Source: a virus (Duplodnaviria; Caudoviricetes). Taken from it: a stretch of 64,000 nt of DNA. Shown piece after piece: positions 1 through 9,294 of this stretch. The position numbers and the translations under genes are program-made. The stretch is from positions 1-64,000 of IMG/VR virus record IMGVR_UViG_3300003375_000001; one strand, given 5' to 3'. The notes beneath the pieces were generated by a model, which worked only from the letters and a program-made list of their open reading frames with translations, was not told the origin of the DNA and searched no databases. The stretch's first letter is position 1. Each line of letters begins with the position of its first letter.

Positions 1-191
1 TGTTGGTAAGAATTAGCCAGCAGTAATAAAGGCGGCGCGTCCATGGCAAGCCGTAGCCGTTCCATGGACGCGCGAGAAACCAACCTCGATGTTCACCTAA
101 GACTATCTCACACTTAGGCAACCCTACAGCATGGCCTTCGTGACAGTCTTTAGTGGCTAGTCTTTGAGCACCGCCTATCGAGTCATATGTT

Positions 192-617
192 TCAGGCAGA
201 CTCTTGTGAGCTTTTGCGCCGATTGAAGTGTAATACCATTTGAGATTCATGGTGAGGGTCCTTGAAAAAGGTTGCTATAGACTCCGAAGTTGATACTAAT
301 AACACGTCTACCACTAAACCGTGCACTCGGGTAGACGTTCTACGCCTTTTTATCAGCCCTCGGTTCTCAAGCCTGGAGACTAAAGTAAACAGACTGGCTT
401 TGCTAACACTACCGGCTAACGTGTCGAACAGAAGGCTGTTAGTACATTCATTAGGCCAATGCCTAGCCACGGCCCATAGAACTAACATCTCCGTCTTTGG
501 CACTGTAACAGAGTCATTGAAGTAGCCAGAGCCGTTAGCCATTATCAAGTCAGGTATGCTCACGACTTTCGCCACGCTTCTAATACAAGGTCGCGAGCCT
601 CTTCTGGCGTACACCAT
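192..617 (-). CDS. winged-helix (MarR-like) DNA-binding protein
   Basis: EMLVLWAV...SKASLFTLVSRLENRGLIKR pattern typical of the wHTH recognition helix and wing; true start may be ATG at 542. Confidence 0.6.
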   Translation of the reverse strand: MVYARRGSRPCIRSVAKVVSIPDLIMANGSGYFNDSVTVPKTEMLVLWAVARHWPNECTNSLLFDTLAGSVSKASLFTLVSRLENRGLIKRRRTSTRVHGLVVDVLLVSTSESIATFFKDPHHESQMVLHFNRRKSSQESA

Positions 618-1033
618 ATGCGCATAGCTACCTTGGCTTTATCCTTGTCACCTATCACCAGGCCTTTACCATGTTTGCCATCACACTGAGAGGCCTTGAA
701 TATGAAGTCTAACAATGGCTCCGCCTGGTTGCGTCGGCGGTTCATCTCCATATATAGAGGAGAGGCTAGAACACCAAAGGCCTCCAGGATCTCTGGTTCC
801 CAAATTTCAACGTCTTCTTCGACGATAGCTTTTCCTACCGACTTGAGATAGGCTTTTCTGTCCTTGAAGTAGTGACAAGGACCATCCTCAGGCTCCCGCA
901 CAGCAGCGTCTTCAGACTCCCAGCAGTCAAGTTGGTTTATTAACTGAGCCAGCACATACGGATTGCGAAACAACGTGCTGGCTTCCTGGGGAGACAGGCC
1001 AGCGTGGAAAGGTGCAAAGTTGTCAGAAAGCAT
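560..1033 (-). CDS. hypothetical phage protein
   Basis: long ORF in co-oriented tightly packed array; start placed at MLSDNF. Confidence 0.6.
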   Translation of the reverse strand: MLSDNFAPFHAGLSPQEASTLFRNPYVLAQLINQLDCWESEDAAVREPEDGPCHYFKDRKAYLKSVGKAIVEEDVEIWEPEILEAFGVLASPLYMEMNRRRNQAEPLLDFIFKASQCDGKHGKGLVIGDKDKAKVAMRIWCTPEEARDLVLEAWRKS

Positions 1034-1274
1034 ACACAAACCTTTGTAGGTTAGGAAAATGGCTAAGGTCAATTAGTGATAGCGCAATGCATACGGCCAT
1101 CAATAGACCGAACAGCAAAATTGCCCATATGCTAGCACTCATGACGAATGAACTAATACCACGGAAGTTATCTATGACTACCAACAGCACAAATACCGTC
1201 ATGGACGCTATGAATCCTATAATGGAGGCTTTCATAAGCAGGTCCAGTATAAAGAAAGTCATAGAGTTCTCCAA
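1023..1274 (-). CDS. small membrane protein (2 predicted TM)
   Basis: two hydrophobic stretches; overlapping gene junctions. Confidence 0.55.
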   Translation of the reverse strand: MENSMTFFILDLLMKASIIGFIASMTVFVLLVVIDNFRGISSFVMSASIWAILLFGLLMAVCIALSLIDLSHFPNLQRFVYAF

Positions 1275-1522
1275 GTGACGGTGACGTCGGTTACCTTATA
1301 CGGTGACTCAAACGCAGGATTAGTGACAGTGTTACCGTATCTAATGGCCATAGGTAAACCAGTGTTGATATTGCGACCGGTGTAAGTCAAACATATGTAC
1401 AGGTCAACGTCGGCGTCTGGAGGCAACTGGGATAGGTCCTCTTTGTATATACCTAATATGTTCCCCTTGTTATCAGTAAGAGCTTCAGCTACCTTTACAA
1501 AATTTGCGTTGCTCATTCCCAA
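1259..1522 (-). CDS. hypothetical protein
   Basis: co-oriented ORF with GGAG RBS. Confidence 0.6.
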   Translation of the reverse strand: MGMSNANFVKVAEALTDNKGNILGIYKEDLSQLPPDADVDLYICLTYTGRNINTGLPMAIRYGNTVTNPAFESPYKVTDVTVTWRTL

Positions 1523-1788
1523 TACTCCGGCGGTTTACCTTTTGGCTTGGCCAAGAATTCTCTTATCTGGGATGCCTGTTCTGCCCACAACCTTTTCAAA
1601 CGTTCTGCCGCAAGCAAGTGAACTTCGTCAAGGCTGTTCGAGTCAGTCATAGACGTAAAGCACTCTTCCTCAGGGTGGACCTCTTTATATACAGGTAACA
1701 GGTGGTCTTGTATATAGGTAAAACTACGCAGGTTGAATATAGTGGTCAACTGTGCGGTGAGTTGATCGAACTTTTCTGGTGTTGTCAT
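1513..1788 (-). CDS. hypothetical protein
   Basis: co-oriented ORF, ATGA-type overlap with upstream gene. Confidence 0.6.
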   Translation of the reverse strand: MTTPEKFDQLTAQLTTIFNLRSFTYIQDHLLPVYKEVHPEEECFTSMTDSNSLDEVHLLAAERLKRLWAEQASQIREFLAKPKGKPPEYWE

Positions 1789-2003
1789 TTGTGACCTCGC
1801 TTTCGTACGTTGGCTTTGTGACCACCTTTATGCTTGTGCGTATGCCAGTCCTTCAACTTAAGATCAGGCATACTACTACCACAGTCTTTGGTGTCTTCTT
1901 CAGGCAAGGCCCTTAAGGTCAGGACCGTGTCGTTTGTACTAGGTGGGACTAAATTCACGGCATCACATACTACCAGTATGCGTTTCTCTTCAGGTGTAGG
2001 CAT
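1785..2003 (-). CDS. hypothetical protein
   Basis: co-oriented ORF, basic C-terminus. Confidence 0.5.
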   Translation of the reverse strand: MPTPEEKRILVVCDAVNLVPPSTNDTVLTLRALPEEDTKDCGSSMPDLKLKDWHTHKHKGGHKANVRKRGHK

Positions 2004-2229
2004 AAGATGGTATCTCTTTGGTTGAATAAAGGGTGTCCCCTGTAGTTGAGTCTACCCAGGCGTCGCATACGCCTACAGGAGTAGTGTGCATACTACCCAA
2101 GCCACATCGAGGTGGCTGGTAAGCCCGTTTCTTACCCGCAACTACCTGTGGTACAAAGTGTTTGCAAATTCCACAGCGAGGCACGCTGCCGTCGAAGTTG
2201 TACTTTACCTTGAACTGCTTTTTGCTCAT
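1990..2229 (-). CDS. small Cys-rich metal-binding protein
   Basis: CxxC...C...C (CGIC, C, C); AGGAG RBS. Confidence 0.6.
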   Translation of the reverse strand: MSKKQFKVKYNFDGSVPRCGICKHFVPQVVAGKKRAYQPPRCGLGSMHTTPVGVCDAWVDSTTGDTLYSTKEIPSYAYT

Positions 2230-2267
2230 GTGTCTCTCCTTCTTTAGTTATTTAACACTAAAACCTT

Positions 2268-2633
2268 TTAGCCCACAAAGGAATCATCGATTTCGATTAT
2301 GGCTGGAATAAGTGGACAGAGTTCAGAGTTCATTGGGAAGGAGCCTTCCCAATAAGCGCCGTTAGTAGAAAAGCAAGACACTTGAAACGAGAAACAAGCT
2401 AGGACAGGTTTAAGGCACGAAAACGCAGACAGCTCCTTAACAAGCTGTTCGCGTAAACGGTCTATAGCGTCCTCTCTTGAAAGAGAGGTAACAATCTTGT
2501 ACTTGGTACAGACAGAAGTAGGTTCCATCCTGAACTTGAAGCCGTCAGCCACCCTTTTCTGTTCTACGGTCCACTTGGACTCGTCAAAGGTGAACGCGAT
2601 TTCTACGATTTTGGCATGGTAAAAGGTTGTCAT
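2268..2633 (-). CDS. hypothetical protein
   Basis: co-oriented ORF with ATGA overlap. Confidence 0.65.
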   Translation of the reverse strand: MTTFYHAKIVEIAFTFDESKWTVEQKRVADGFKFRMEPTSVCTKYKIVTSLSREDAIDRLREQLVKELSAFSCLKPVLACFSFQVSCFSTNGAYWEGSFPMNSELCPLIPAIIEIDDSFVG

Positions 2634-2839
2634 GACAGTTCCTTGTTGACGTTAACGAGAGAGTAAAGAACGAATGGTAGGGCGGCGATCACTACCACAA
2701 CAAAACCGATAGCCACCATCACTAGAAGACACAGGCCTTCTACGTACCCGAGCAAGGTACCTTGGCGTGCTGGAGTAACCGGCATATAAGTTATCAGATA
2801 CATTACTACCAAGGTCAAGCCTATGTGAATCAAAGTCAT
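2630..2839 (-). CDS. small membrane protein
   Basis: hydrophobic; GGAGGT RBS. Confidence 0.6.
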   Translation of the reverse strand: MTLIHIGLTLVVMYLITYMPVTPARQGTLLGYVEGLCLLVMVAIGFVVVVIAALPFVLYSLVNVNKELS

Positions 2840-2857
2840 GGTGATACCTCCTAGGAA

Positions 2858-3106
2858 TCAGTTAAGATGGTAAATAGAAACGCATACCAGTGCGACGACA
2901 CACGCGGCTAGTATGATAAGGCCAATGAAAACAGACACGGCTAATGGCGCTGCACGAATGTGGCTAGGCACGTTAGACCGAGCCTTGCTAGGCTGAATGA
3001 CGAGCCACATTAATGGGGTCGCTATGAAAACAAAACCAATGAAAGCCATGAGCGATATAATGTCAGTGCCTGACATGTGCTGAAACCAGATCCAGTCTAT
3101 TGTCAT
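2858..3106 (-). CDS. small membrane protein
   Basis: two hydrophobic segments; ATGA overlap. Confidence 0.6.
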   Translation of the reverse strand: MTIDWIWFQHMSGTDIISLMAFIGFVFIATPLMWLVIQPSKARSNVPSHIRAAPLAVSVFIGLIILAACVVALVCVSIYHLN

Positions 3107-3651
3107 GATACTTTCTCCTTCATAGGCAGACTATACTCTGAATAAGCTTCTCTTTGCGTATTCTTATCACGAAAGAATATACTCCAGGTGTCTTTTTGTT
3201 TTTCTATGTCACAGTACAGGTCAGAGCTGACAACGTAGTATCCTGTGAATGGACCTTCAGGACTTTCTCCTGACATAGGCGTCATGACTAACGGAATGGG
3301 GCCTCTTTTAAGGGTCAGACAGTCAAAGAGAACGTCCTTAGCCCAAGCAAGAGAACCATTCCAGTCCGAGTGAAGCCAGTATCCAACAAGTGGCGTCAAC
3401 GCGGGGTTGACTTTATTACAGACTTCATATATGGACATAGGGTAAAACTTGCGGTAGTCCACCCTAGGAAGGTATCGAGCTGCCGGTTTGTTACCTTGCT
3501 GTTCCAGTTCCGCAACCTTTTTGTTTTGTTCTGAAGTAGCTTCGTCCGCGGCCTTCCTGTCGTAGGAAGACTCATACAGGTCAGCCACAGCCGAAACAGT
3601 CAAAGCTATTTCAACAGGCGTTGTGAACAAGGGGATCAGGGGATGAAGCAT
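3103..3651 (-). CDS. hypothetical protein
   Basis: start moved to MLHPL (GGAGG RBS) inside the tracked 3103-3801 ORF. Confidence 0.6.
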   Translation of the reverse strand: MLHPLIPLFTTPVEIALTVSAVADLYESSYDRKAADEATSEQNKKVAELEQQGNKPAARYLPRVDYRKFYPMSIYEVCNKVNPALTPLVGYWLHSDWNGSLAWAKDVLFDCLTLKRGPIPLVMTPMSGESPEGPFTGYYVVSSDLYCDIEKQKDTWSIFFRDKNTQREAYSEYSLPMKEKVS

Positions 3652-3661
3652 AAGTCCTCCG

Positions 3662-3844
3662 TTACATAAAGAAAAGGTCGACACGGTCGTCGTCAGTTGC
3701 AAGGTCTTTGTCGTCCTGACAGTCGTCATCGACAGGGTTAACCACGGAGCACTTACCGCAAGTACACAAAGACTCTCGAATAATGCAGTAAGAACGCCCA
3801 TCCAGGTAGCAAGCTCGTGCTGCGTCAGTCCAGTTAACCACCAT
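3662..3844 (-). CDS. small Cys-containing acidic protein
   Basis: ATG at 3844 with GGGGAG RBS; CTCGKC and Asp-rich tail. Confidence 0.45.
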   Translation of the reverse strand: MVVNWTDAARACYLDGRSYCIIRESLCTCGKCSVVNPVDDDCQDDKDLATDDDRVDLFFM

Positions 3845-4298
3845 ACAGACTCCCCCTAGGACTACAGTCTGCGCAGTCCGAACGATCACAACCACATTCG
3901 CCAGAGTCGTCGTGGTCATAGTATGGATTGTCGTCTTCGTCCAATTCCGCGGCAAGACGCTTGTAGTGACGGTCACGACAAGGCCCACATACCCGGTAAA
4001 CAGGGCCTGCCATGCCTTCGTCAGGGTCACGAAGATTGGCCAAATCGGTTACGAGGCCTTTGCACCAGTCGCAGTAACCAGAGCGTGCTTCTGGAGAGTT
4101 AATCTCGATTAGGTATTCGTCATAGCACTTCTGACACATGCAATGATACTCAGCTCCGAAAGAATCGGTTTCACCTTGAACGCGACGCACGGCAGGGGTG
4201 TCACCATGACGGTCACACATGGTGCCAGGAGGTAAGTCGTGGGAAGATCCGGGCATAGACGACACAGGCCCGTGAGAACAGTGAAGATCGGTTGTCAT
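3834..4298 (-). CDS. multi-Cys zinc-finger-like phage protein
   Basis: CxxH, CMCxxC, CxxC, CxxC motifs; AAAGGA RBS before MTTDL. Confidence 0.65.
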   Translation of the reverse strand: MTTDLHCSHGPVSSMPGSSHDLPPGTMCDRHGDTPAVRRVQGETDSFGAEYHCMCQKCYDEYLIEINSPEARSGYCDWCKGLVTDLANLRDPDEGMAGPVYRVCGPCRDRHYKRLAAELDEDDNPYYDHDDSGECGCDRSDCADCSPRGSLYGG

Positions 4299-4804
4299 TT
4301 CGATTCCTTTCTGGGGATAAGAGTCTTGCACATAACATAGCCGTCAGCGTAGGCCTTGGTATAACCAGATGCCTCTATAGCGATGTTCCTAACCTTGGGG
4401 TCAAGCTCCATCTGAAAGCCATTATTCAGAAAGAAGTACTTGGCTATAGTACTTCGCGTTACTTCAAATACCTCCCGTGTCAAAGGTGGGACAAACTCAT
4501 TCAAGAGAATGTTCAGAGCCCTTGATGCATAGTTATTGCGACGGTGCTTAGGAACTATACCGTGCCAACGCAGACCTACACTACGTTCACTCATGACGTA
4601 CCAGCCCGTCATGCCTATAACGTTGTCGTCCAGACAGATTAAAAATACTTCGCCTGGTTCATTGGGATCAGTCTCCCAGTCCTGAGTGCCTTCAATGGCT
4701 GCTTCAGTCAAGTCTTCTGACCAGATAGTCTTTAGCTGAGGAAACACGTCAAACACTGTGTAGGAGGGATTACGGCACCACAGAGTTAAGCTAAGGCCTT
4801 TCAT
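4295..4804 (-). CDS. GNAT family acetyltransferase
   Basis: VIGMTGW...WHGIVPKHRRNNYASRAL (motif A variant) and FFLNNGF (motif B). Confidence 0.75.
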   Translation of the reverse strand: MKGLSLTLWCRNPSYTVFDVFPQLKTIWSEDLTEAAIEGTQDWETDPNEPGEVFLICLDDNVIGMTGWYVMSERSVGLRWHGIVPKHRRNNYASRALNILLNEFVPPLTREVFEVTRSTIAKYFFLNNGFQMELDPKVRNIAIEASGYTKAYADGYVMCKTLIPRKESK

Positions 4805-4842
4805 AGCGATATTTCTTCATGTGTTTCTCCTGAGGAATGAAC

Positions 4843-4879
4843 AAGAGGCGTACACGAGGTAAATCTGTGTACGCCTCTT
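4843..4879 (-). terminator. 13-bp stem-loop downstream of 4884-5705
   Basis: AAGAGGCGTACAC / GTGTACGCCTCTT perfect inverted repeat; weak U-tract. Confidence 0.6.
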
Positions 4880-4883
4880 CCTG

Positions 4884-5705
4884 TTACTTAGACTTCTTGC
4901 GAGACTTCGCCTTGGTCGCTGCCTTAGCCTCGTCGGATGGCAGCGAGGCGGACGCTTCCGTGTCTACCTTCTTAGAAACGTGGTAGCCGTTCGTTGACAA
5001 CAGACGGACTGCCTGCTGTACGGCCGTTTCTGCGGCCTCGCGTTCTTGTTCTTTCTTAGCCTCGCGCTCCTGCGCTATACGCTCGGCATTGGTCGCAACG
5101 TAAGCCTTAAACTTCGGCAGGTACTCTTGGTTCAGAATAGGCCCGATAATAGCAGAGGCGTCTCGAATGGTTTCTGCTATCGCCAGTTGAGGTAACTCGT
5201 GAGTAAGAGGCGGGTATCTGTCTTCAAGCGTATTCGAGTCTTCGAACATACTCTCGACGTCCCGAACAAATTCCTCCGCGTTGTACTGGGACAGTGCTAC
5301 TTCCAAAGGCGTAGCCATATGTGACAGTTTCAAGTAGCTCAAAGCGAGATAAACTAGGTTCTTTTTCTCGGAGTCGGCCAGTAGGCTGTTGACATCCGAA
5401 ATATCGAGCGGCATGGCCGCAACCTGTTCAACCACGCTGTCGTAGTAACGGAAGTCACTGTCCTCTTTTGTAAGGACGTCCAGGTCATTGAAAAACGCGA
5501 CCACAGACGAGTCCAGGTAGCTCTTGAAGTCGAAAGGCTTCTTTGCTTTGCCTTTAACCTTTGGAACTGCCCTTAGGTGAATCGTCTCAAACAACTTCAG
5601 CCAATTGTCGAATACCGCGCTAACCCGAGAATCCGATAGCGGTACCTCGATGTTCAGTAAGATGTTGACGGATTGTGCCACGGTCTTTGGGGTTTTCTTG
5701 GCCAT
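4884..5705 (-). CDS. hypothetical protein with C-terminal coiled coil and basic tail
   Basis: 273-aa ORF, AGGAG RBS. Confidence 0.8.
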   Translation of the reverse strand: MAKKTPKTVAQSVNILLNIEVPLSDSRVSAVFDNWLKLFETIHLRAVPKVKGKAKKPFDFKSYLDSSVVAFFNDLDVLTKEDSDFRYYDSVVEQVAAMPLDISDVNSLLADSEKKNLVYLALSYLKLSHMATPLEVALSQYNAEEFVRDVESMFEDSNTLEDRYPPLTHELPQLAIAETIRDASAIIGPILNQEYLPKFKAYVATNAERIAQEREAKKEQEREAAETAVQQAVRLLSTNGYHVSKKVDTEASASLPSDEAKAATKAKSRKKSK

Positions 5706-5755
5706 TGTAGGCTCCTTTAGCGAAGATTGGAACGTTCTTGTTCCGGGGTTGAAAA

Positions 5756-6001
5756 TCAGAGGTTCTTGAAAAGGTCGGCGGGGTTCTTGCCTGTGATAGC
5801 AAAGAGAAGGGCCTGTGGGGACTGACGATCCCAGCCCAGACCCGAACGAATTTCAGCCGACTCGATAGGATCTTGTAAGCGCACATGATCAGCTAATGCC
5901 GTGCGGTAATAGGCTTCAGACTCGCCATCATTGGGTTGACGAAAGCCTCGCATTTCAGCGCGACGCGTGAGAGAGTTCATATCAGGAAAGTCCATTGGCA
6001 T
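5756..6001 (-). CDS. hypothetical protein
   Basis: AAGGAG RBS; co-oriented. Confidence 0.65.
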   Translation of the reverse strand: MPMDFPDMNSLTRRAEMRGFRQPNDGESEAYYRTALADHVRLQDPIESAEIRSGLGWDRQSPQALLFAITGKNPADLFKNL

Positions 6002-6025
6002 GTTAGTGCTCCTTGTGAGAAAAAG

Positions 6026-6757
6026 TTAGGGTCGAACAAACGTCTTAAAGTTTACGGTACCTCCTGCGTGGACGATGTTGGCACGGATAACCCTAATAGG
6101 TATAAGGTCCTCCTGCGGGTTTCCTTTATTAGAAACAGCGAGGATAGTCTCGTCGCCTTCACGAGGAGACGCTTCTATAACCATAGCCTCGTAGTTCTTC
6201 CTTTCTATAGACTTGATAACAATAACTTGGCCAGGCTTGAGTTTCTTAAACTCCTTAGCCTTAATGTGAGGCTTCCTGTCAAAAGCCCAAGCATGACAGG
6301 TATCCATCATTGCAGCTTGAAGCGCACCAATTTCTAGGAGAGCTTCTTTCGTACGGGGGATGGTGCCATCAGGAATCTTGAGATTGTTCAACCACAGGAT
6401 GGCGATGAGCATTTCCAGGCGGGTGCCTTCCAGACTGTAGTTCTTGAAACACTCTGCCTTGAGTTCGTCTGGAATCGCGGCCAACACGGCACGGGACTCG
6501 TAAGAGTTGTCGCCTTTGTTACCTGAAGTAAGCCAGGTGTGGACACCAGCTGCGCTTACATTCCAGTCGTCCATGTCGTCGCCAAAAGGGCTGGCCTCAA
6601 GGCACTTGACCACAAGGTGTACGATCTTTGAGTAACGGCCAAAGAGGTCTGTCCATTCCTCATCGTCTATAACCCGTGTGTGCTTCTTAACCTTCTTGGG
6701 GTTGAATTCGTTGACAGGTGTATCAAAGTGGAAGACTGCGGTTGATTGGTGGTTCAT
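6026..6757 (-). CDS. hypothetical protein with C-terminal KLKPG (KOW/SH3-like) module
   Basis: 243-aa ORF; FKKLKPGQVIVIK motif shared with 8588-8803 and 9537-9866. Confidence 0.75.
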   Translation of the reverse strand: MNHQSTAVFHFDTPVNEFNPKKVKKHTRVIDDEEWTDLFGRYSKIVHLVVKCLEASPFGDDMDDWNVSAAGVHTWLTSGNKGDNSYESRAVLAAIPDELKAECFKNYSLEGTRLEMLIAILWLNNLKIPDGTIPRTKEALLEIGALQAAMMDTCHAWAFDRKPHIKAKEFKKLKPGQVIVIKSIERKNYEAMVIEASPREGDETILAVSNKGNPQEDLIPIRVIRANIVHAGGTVNFKTFVRP

Positions 6758-7083
6758 GATGAAGTGCTCTCTGTAGAAGGAGTTGCCTGTTCGTCAGGCT
6801 CAGAGAGAGCCACACGGAAGTGAGTGCCTTCGTCGTGCGGCTGGCAAAGATGAGGTGTTGCAAAAGTCAGGAGCTGGCTCGCGTCTAAGCCAGCTTTGTC
6901 AGCCAGGATCTGAACAGCCTGTTGCAGACCTTCGATCTGAGCCTGTTGATACAAGACTATGCACTTAAGAGTTGCCACGGCATTTTGTGGCAACAAAAGG
7001 TGGTTGTCACTCTCTTCGTCATACCACTTGAGTTTTAACAACGCCCGCTGAACCACACGCTGAAAGGTAAAGTTACTCATCAT
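6754..7083 (-). CDS. hypothetical protein
   Basis: co-oriented; start at MMSNF. Confidence 0.6.
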   Translation of the reverse strand: MMSNFTFQRVVQRALLKLKWYDEESDNHLLLPQNAVATLKCIVLYQQAQIEGLQQAVQILADKAGLDASQLLTFATPHLCQPHDEGTHFRVALSEPDEQATPSTESTSS

Positions 7084-7310
7084 GCCTCTTCTCCTTGCCG
7101 CTTGCGCCATACCAGTTCCGACTTAGGTGGACCGAGTAAAACGCGGTTAAATTCATTAGGATCGAGAGGCAGCGTAATCAACACCTGTTCGTATCCGTCC
7201 TTGTGCATGCGTTCTATGTGAGCAGCCTTGTTCTTTTCGTCAATGACACCGCATCGAACGATGTAGCCTATCAACAGAAACGCACAAATAGCAAAAGCGA
7301 GAATGATCAT
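7080..7310 (-). CDS. small single-TM protein
   Basis: hydrophobic N-terminus; AAGG RBS. Confidence 0.55.
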   Translation of the reverse strand: MIILAFAICAFLLIGYIVRCGVIDEKNKAAHIERMHKDGYEQVLITLPLDPNEFNRVLLGPPKSELVWRKRQGEEA

Positions 7311-7495
7311 TTGATACCTTCTTTAGGTGACAACACGAGTTCAACAGACCCTCTCCAAGCTTTAGCATCACCTTCTGCTGTCTTGAAGTTTGTGTAAGGT
7401 CCGTATACTTTTACTTGCGAAGTCTCAGTTGGTACTAAGACTATGTATCGCAGGCGAGGCTTACGGGGCAAGTTGGAACGAGACTTCGTTGGCAT
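7307..7495 (-). CDS. small protein, LVPT-VYGPY family
   Basis: paralogous to 9295-9486. Confidence 0.65.
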   Translation of the reverse strand: MPTKSRSNLPRKPRLRYIVLVPTETSQVKVYGPYTNFKTAEGDAKAWRGSVELVLSPKEGIK

Positions 7496-7694
7496 AGTCT
7501 TGCTCCTTTAGAACAGAGGCCTTGCGCTCGATCACTTCAAAGAAGTCCCAGCGCACTTCCATAAAAGGAACTTCCGGGCCAGAGATACAAGCTAGACGAT
7601 TTAGCGGGCTTGCAGATTGAACAGTAGCCTTCTGGCCATTCAGAATGCGAACCACGTCGCCGGGCAAAACTTCAGGGTATTTGAGTGTACTCAT
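7461..7694 (-). CDS. small SH3/KOW-like protein
   Basis: LPGDVVRI motif. Confidence 0.55.
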   Translation of the reverse strand: MSTLKYPEVLPGDVVRILNGQKATVQSASPLNRLACISGPEVPFMEVRWDFFEVIERKASVLKEQDYANEVSFQLAP

Positions 7695-7894
7695 TTCGAC
7701 TTTTTCACTTTCTCTAATTCAGATTGTTGACGGGAATCGAGCAGGTCATAACGAGTGAGTGCCCGTGACCGAATGCTTGACAACGGCGTTGTCAAAGTGA
7801 ACGCGTTACGGAAGTAGCTGGCGAGTGACGCGTAGTCTTTCTTATCTAAAAGATTTTTGTACTCGGTATCAGATAGTTCTAGTTTCGTTGTCAT
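7691..7894 (-). CDS. hypothetical protein
   Basis: GAGG RBS; ATGA overlap. Confidence 0.55.
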   Translation of the reverse strand: MTTKLELSDTEYKNLLDKKDYASLASYFRNAFTLTTPLSSIRSRALTRYDLLDSRQQSELEKVKKSK

Positions 7895-8066
7895 TTCGTT
7901 TGTCCTCTCGTGGTTTGAACTTGACGTTCGGTTGATAACATGTGTCGGAAAAGATGCCGCCGCTCAGTTGCACGGTAAGTCCGTGTTTCTTAGCTACGGC
8001 GTTGAGTGCGCGGGTGAGATCAGCCTTCATTGTAGCAATGGTCGTCCTGGACAGCTTAGTGCTCAT
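7869..8066 (-). CDS. hypothetical protein
   Basis: GGAGGT RBS. Confidence 0.6.
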   Translation of the reverse strand: MSTKLSRTTIATMKADLTRALNAVAKKHGLTVQLSGGIFSDTCYQPNVKFKPREDKRNDNETRTI

Positions 8067-8081
8067 GAGTATACCTCCACA

Positions 8082-8330
8082 TTAAAAGTCTAAACGCTGG
8101 CCCGACAAAAGCTCCAGACCTATGTCATTAATATGACCCCGGAGGCAAAGAATCTGGTCGAAGAGGATCACTTCTTTGCACATAGCCGTCAGGTCGAAGA
8201 CAGAGATCCCCATGTTGGGATGCATGTCACTGTCAGCGAATTGGAGTAAGATACCTTTATATAGAAACGGATTATCGAACCCCAGCTTGAAGTCGATGAT
8301 GTCACCTGGTTGGTACGTGATTACAGACAT
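8082..8330 (-). CDS. small SH3/KOW-like protein
   Basis: YQPGDIIDF motif; AGGAG RBS. Confidence 0.6.
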   Translation of the reverse strand: MSVITYQPGDIIDFKLGFDNPFLYKGILLQFADSDMHPNMGISVFDLTAMCKEVILFDQILCLRGHINDIGLELLSGQRLDF

Positions 8331-8367
8331 ATCAGTTCTCCTATTAGCCTTTCGTCTTTACTCAAGT

Positions 8368-8577
8368 TTATTTATTTATTGGTGTGGCCTTTGATGCAAG
8401 ACTTGTCTTGACAATCGTATGCACGAAGACCAGAGTTATGAGAACAGCGAGGACACTCGCCAGTTGGGGCAAAAGACCAAGCCGGAATGCTCCGTAGAAG
8501 ATACCTAAGTCAAACACCAGGATGACAAAGGACCAAGTAACGAGCAAAAGAGGATTGACAATAGATTTGACCTGCAT
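8368..8577 (-). CDS. small membrane protein
   Basis: two hydrophobic segments; AGGAG RBS. Confidence 0.6.
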   Translation of the reverse strand: MQVKSIVNPLLLVTWSFVILVFDLGIFYGAFRLGLLPQLASVLAVLITLVFVHTIVKTSLASKATPINK

Positions 8578-8587
8578 GTATAAACTC

Positions 8588-8845
8588 CTATTTGTCTAAG
8601 GTCAGAGCGTCACTGTGAAGACACGTGGCTGAAGACGCGATCTTTGATGTGAGACGCCCGTGGCTCTCCACGATCTGAAAGGATCGTATCTGAACGCATC
8701 GACCCGCGGTCAACGAAAAGACACAGAACCCTTGCATCAAAGACTCTGGTTCTATAATCAGGCACAGCGCATCAGGCTCGTCATAAGCCTTGACCGTTAC
8801 CACTGTGCCTGGCTTCAGTTTCTTGACTGTGCAGTAAGGGAGAGG
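8588..8845 (-). pseudogene. KLKPG-family gene whose conserved N-terminus lacks a start codon
   Basis: frame of the 8588-8803 ORF continues upstream as VKKLKPGT to an AGGAGG with no in-frame ATG/GTG/TTG before the motif. Confidence 0.4.
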
Positions 8846-8870
8846 TGGCCTCCTGAGTGAATTGAGAGAC

Positions 8871-9269
8871 TTAGTGAAGATCGAATGACGCCTGGTAGGC
8901 GATGACGGTCTGCTTCCCGTCCTTGTAGAAGATCATATGACTGCCCCAGACACCAAGAGCGTCACCTGCCAGGTCAAACGTAGTGCGTGAACGACTCCAG
9001 TGATCAAAACCACGTTCGCGCTTGTACTCCTCACGAAGGACAGCCGGGATGAAGCCAACAGCAAATGCCTCGTAAGGGTTCGCGATGAAGTAATGCGCAA
9101 CTCCGCCAGAAGCGGTCAGCACACCTAGGTGAATCCAGTTGTGCGTGTCTCCCCACTTGTCGTAAGACTGTGCATGAGCCTTTGGAGCGAACATTACTAC
9201 GGCTGACACAAACAGAGCTGACACAAGCAAACGAGTCTTTGGGGACGTGACGTAAGAGGTCTTGATCAT
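8871..9269 (-). CDS. exported/membrane protein, YfiM/DUF2279-like
   Basis: signal peptide ending AHA; DKW..H...G...REE....W...DLAGDALG pattern. Confidence 0.55.
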   Translation of the reverse strand: MIKTSYVTSPKTRLLVSALFVSAVVMFAPKAHAQSYDKWGDTHNWIHLGVLTASGGVAHYFIANPYEAFAVGFIPAVLREEYKRERGFDHWSRSRTTFDLAGDALGVWGSHMIFYKDGKQTVIAYQASFDLH

Positions 9270-9294
9270 GATGATCTCCTGAGAGTTGAGAGAC

